NCBI GenBank assembly: GCA_000934665.2
Contig: JYFJ02000928.1
Location: forward strand, 62,001-100,617
Direction of reading: 5' to 3'
Origin: Catajapyx aquilonaris
Taxonomy: Eukaryota
Length of the DNA: 38,617 bases
Shown here: piece after piece, positions 37,396 to 38,617 of the stretch
Position numbering within the stretch: the first letter of the stretch is position 1
How the letters are laid out: each line of letters begins with the position of its first letter
Notes under the pieces: model-generated
What the model saw: only the letters and a program-made list of their open reading frames with translations
What the model was told of the DNA's origin: nothing
Database searches by the model: none
Program-made: the position numbers and the translations under genes

Positions 37396-38429
37396 TATAT
37401 TGTCATACTTTAGAGCTGAAACTGATCCCCACGTCGATCTTGCACAGACTTGGCGAAATATTGGTATTTTGATAATAACAACACTGTTGATGTAACTCTT
37501 GAAATATACCCAAACTTTCAAACATTGCCATGCGTAAAACATTGACGGTTGTTAGGAGTATACAGCAGTTTGAAGAGAAATATTGACATGCCGCCCTACC
37601 CTGCTAGTATGATGATGATAATAATATTTAAACAGCTGATGGAGTCTCTTTTTCATACCTTTATTGACGCTGAAGTTCTCGCATGTGTGCCACTAACAGT
37701 TAAGGATACAACATTACTACAATGTGATGTCAAAAATTATTTTAATGCAATGTAACATTTGATATTGCTCTCATTAACATCTCCAGTTTTATTATCACTT
37801 TTTCAAACTGAGACTGCTAGTAAAGGTCAAGTCTTCATATCTCCATAGAAGTGCGCAAATGACACTTTGGACACTTTTTGCGTCTTAGCATAACAATAAA
37901 ATATTTTGTGCAGGTCTTGAGAGCAATAACCTTTAACCTGGTAACATGAGTGCTCAAACGAATAGGAGCTTTCCATTCTCCTGTTTTAAGTGGACTGTTA
38001 GCCAAGACATTCGATGCCTAAGTTATTTATATTTTAACTTTTATAACCTAAATCTGTCTTGAGTTCTTTCAAATCGGGATTTTGTAGCCTGAGTATCAAA
38101 TATTGAATTTTGGAAAGCTTTTATAGTTTTTTTTTGAAGTCAGCGACTGCAGGATTGAAAGATGAGAAGAGCATAGTTCTCATAAATAGGAATTCCTGTT
38201 GGTCTATAATATGCAACCTATGTAACATTTTTACAAATAGAGATATTTATACACACCACGTAAAGAGGCGTAAAGAGTGCTTAGGTCACTCCCCCTACTT
38301 GTGCCATGCGGACCTTATGCCCATTTCAATTATTGAATTACAAATTTCTGATGCACAGATTCAGTTTTACCTTTACAGTGTGTCTGTACCGGTATGTGCT
38401 TTAAATAATTATCTAAATGTATACAATGT

Positions 38430-38430
38430 A

Positions 38431-38488
<58 letters not shown>

Positions 38489-38617
38489 CTGGGGTAGTGC
38501 TTTCACCCCCAACTGGGGGTATATCACACGGACCTTTATTAATGTTGTTATTATTGTACAGTAGCTGGTGCAGGGACAGGGTAGGGATAGGAGGGGGGGA
38601 CACTGGTGCATGTGCTA
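38430..38617 (-). mobile_element. 3' end of a SINE/LINE with (TTA)n tail, cut off by the window edge
   Basis: Long (TAA)n run at ~38430-38484 next to a GC-rich stem-loop-like segment containing CAACTGGGG twice. Confidence 0.6.

Larger units (their letters stand above)
35865..37656 (-). pseudogene. Gustatory receptor pseudogene GR-C (exon-1 remnant, interrupted by two SINEs); ends approximate
   Basis: Fragments align in order to GR-A/B: LKYDDIGRIL ~ IKFRDICNVL (frame continuous once the 37111 SINE is removed); LERTILITVVHTLFFSVAVYADFCLVN ~ LKCTVFVTAMQVTFFSLSVQARFSLVT; YHILSEQVSAVTEFCHMV ~ SHQLSELGGAYRELCDLV; RYSLTLAF ~ CYSLALAL (frameshifted); IDRIIIIGTTFF ~ FDKITLIATLVF. Several in-frame stops. 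Confidence 0.82.

Noticed and set aside
1..38617. Prokaryotic systems (CRISPR array, operons, defence loci)
   Set aside because: No regularly spaced repeats or dense coding; spliceosomal introns and SINEs indicate eukaryotic DNA.

Overview
Eukaryotic, TE-rich DNA, most likely from an arthropod/insect. The informative content is a minus-strand tandem array of 7-TM gustatory receptor (GR, 7tm_7-like) genes that the ORF track only partly captures. Two 3-exon genes can be rebuilt by hand with GT/AG phase-0 introns and the TYhhhhhQ C-terminal motif: GR-A join(complement 31560..30610, 28765..28613, 26280..26215), 389 aa, and GR-B join(complement 34538..33564, 33280..33128, 33054..32992), 396 aa. 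A third paralogue (~37656..35865) is a pseudogene broken by stops, frameshifts and two SINEs. Two weaker, more decayed GR-like relics may lie at ~23400-24500 and ~5500-7130. The rest is mobile DNA: four tRNA-derived SINEs with target-site duplications (three head types sharing one 3' stem-loop tail), a 55-bp hAT-like hairpin nested in one SINE, Tc1/mariner-type, Sola-like and Harbinger-like MITEs, two ~560-bp fold-back palindromes, a small Helitron, HINE/DINE-1-like pieces, and decayed LINE, Penelope and mariner relics. Nearly all short ORFs in the track look spurious. I found no evidence of a wholly new biological system. All translations and alignments were done by eye and no database search was run.
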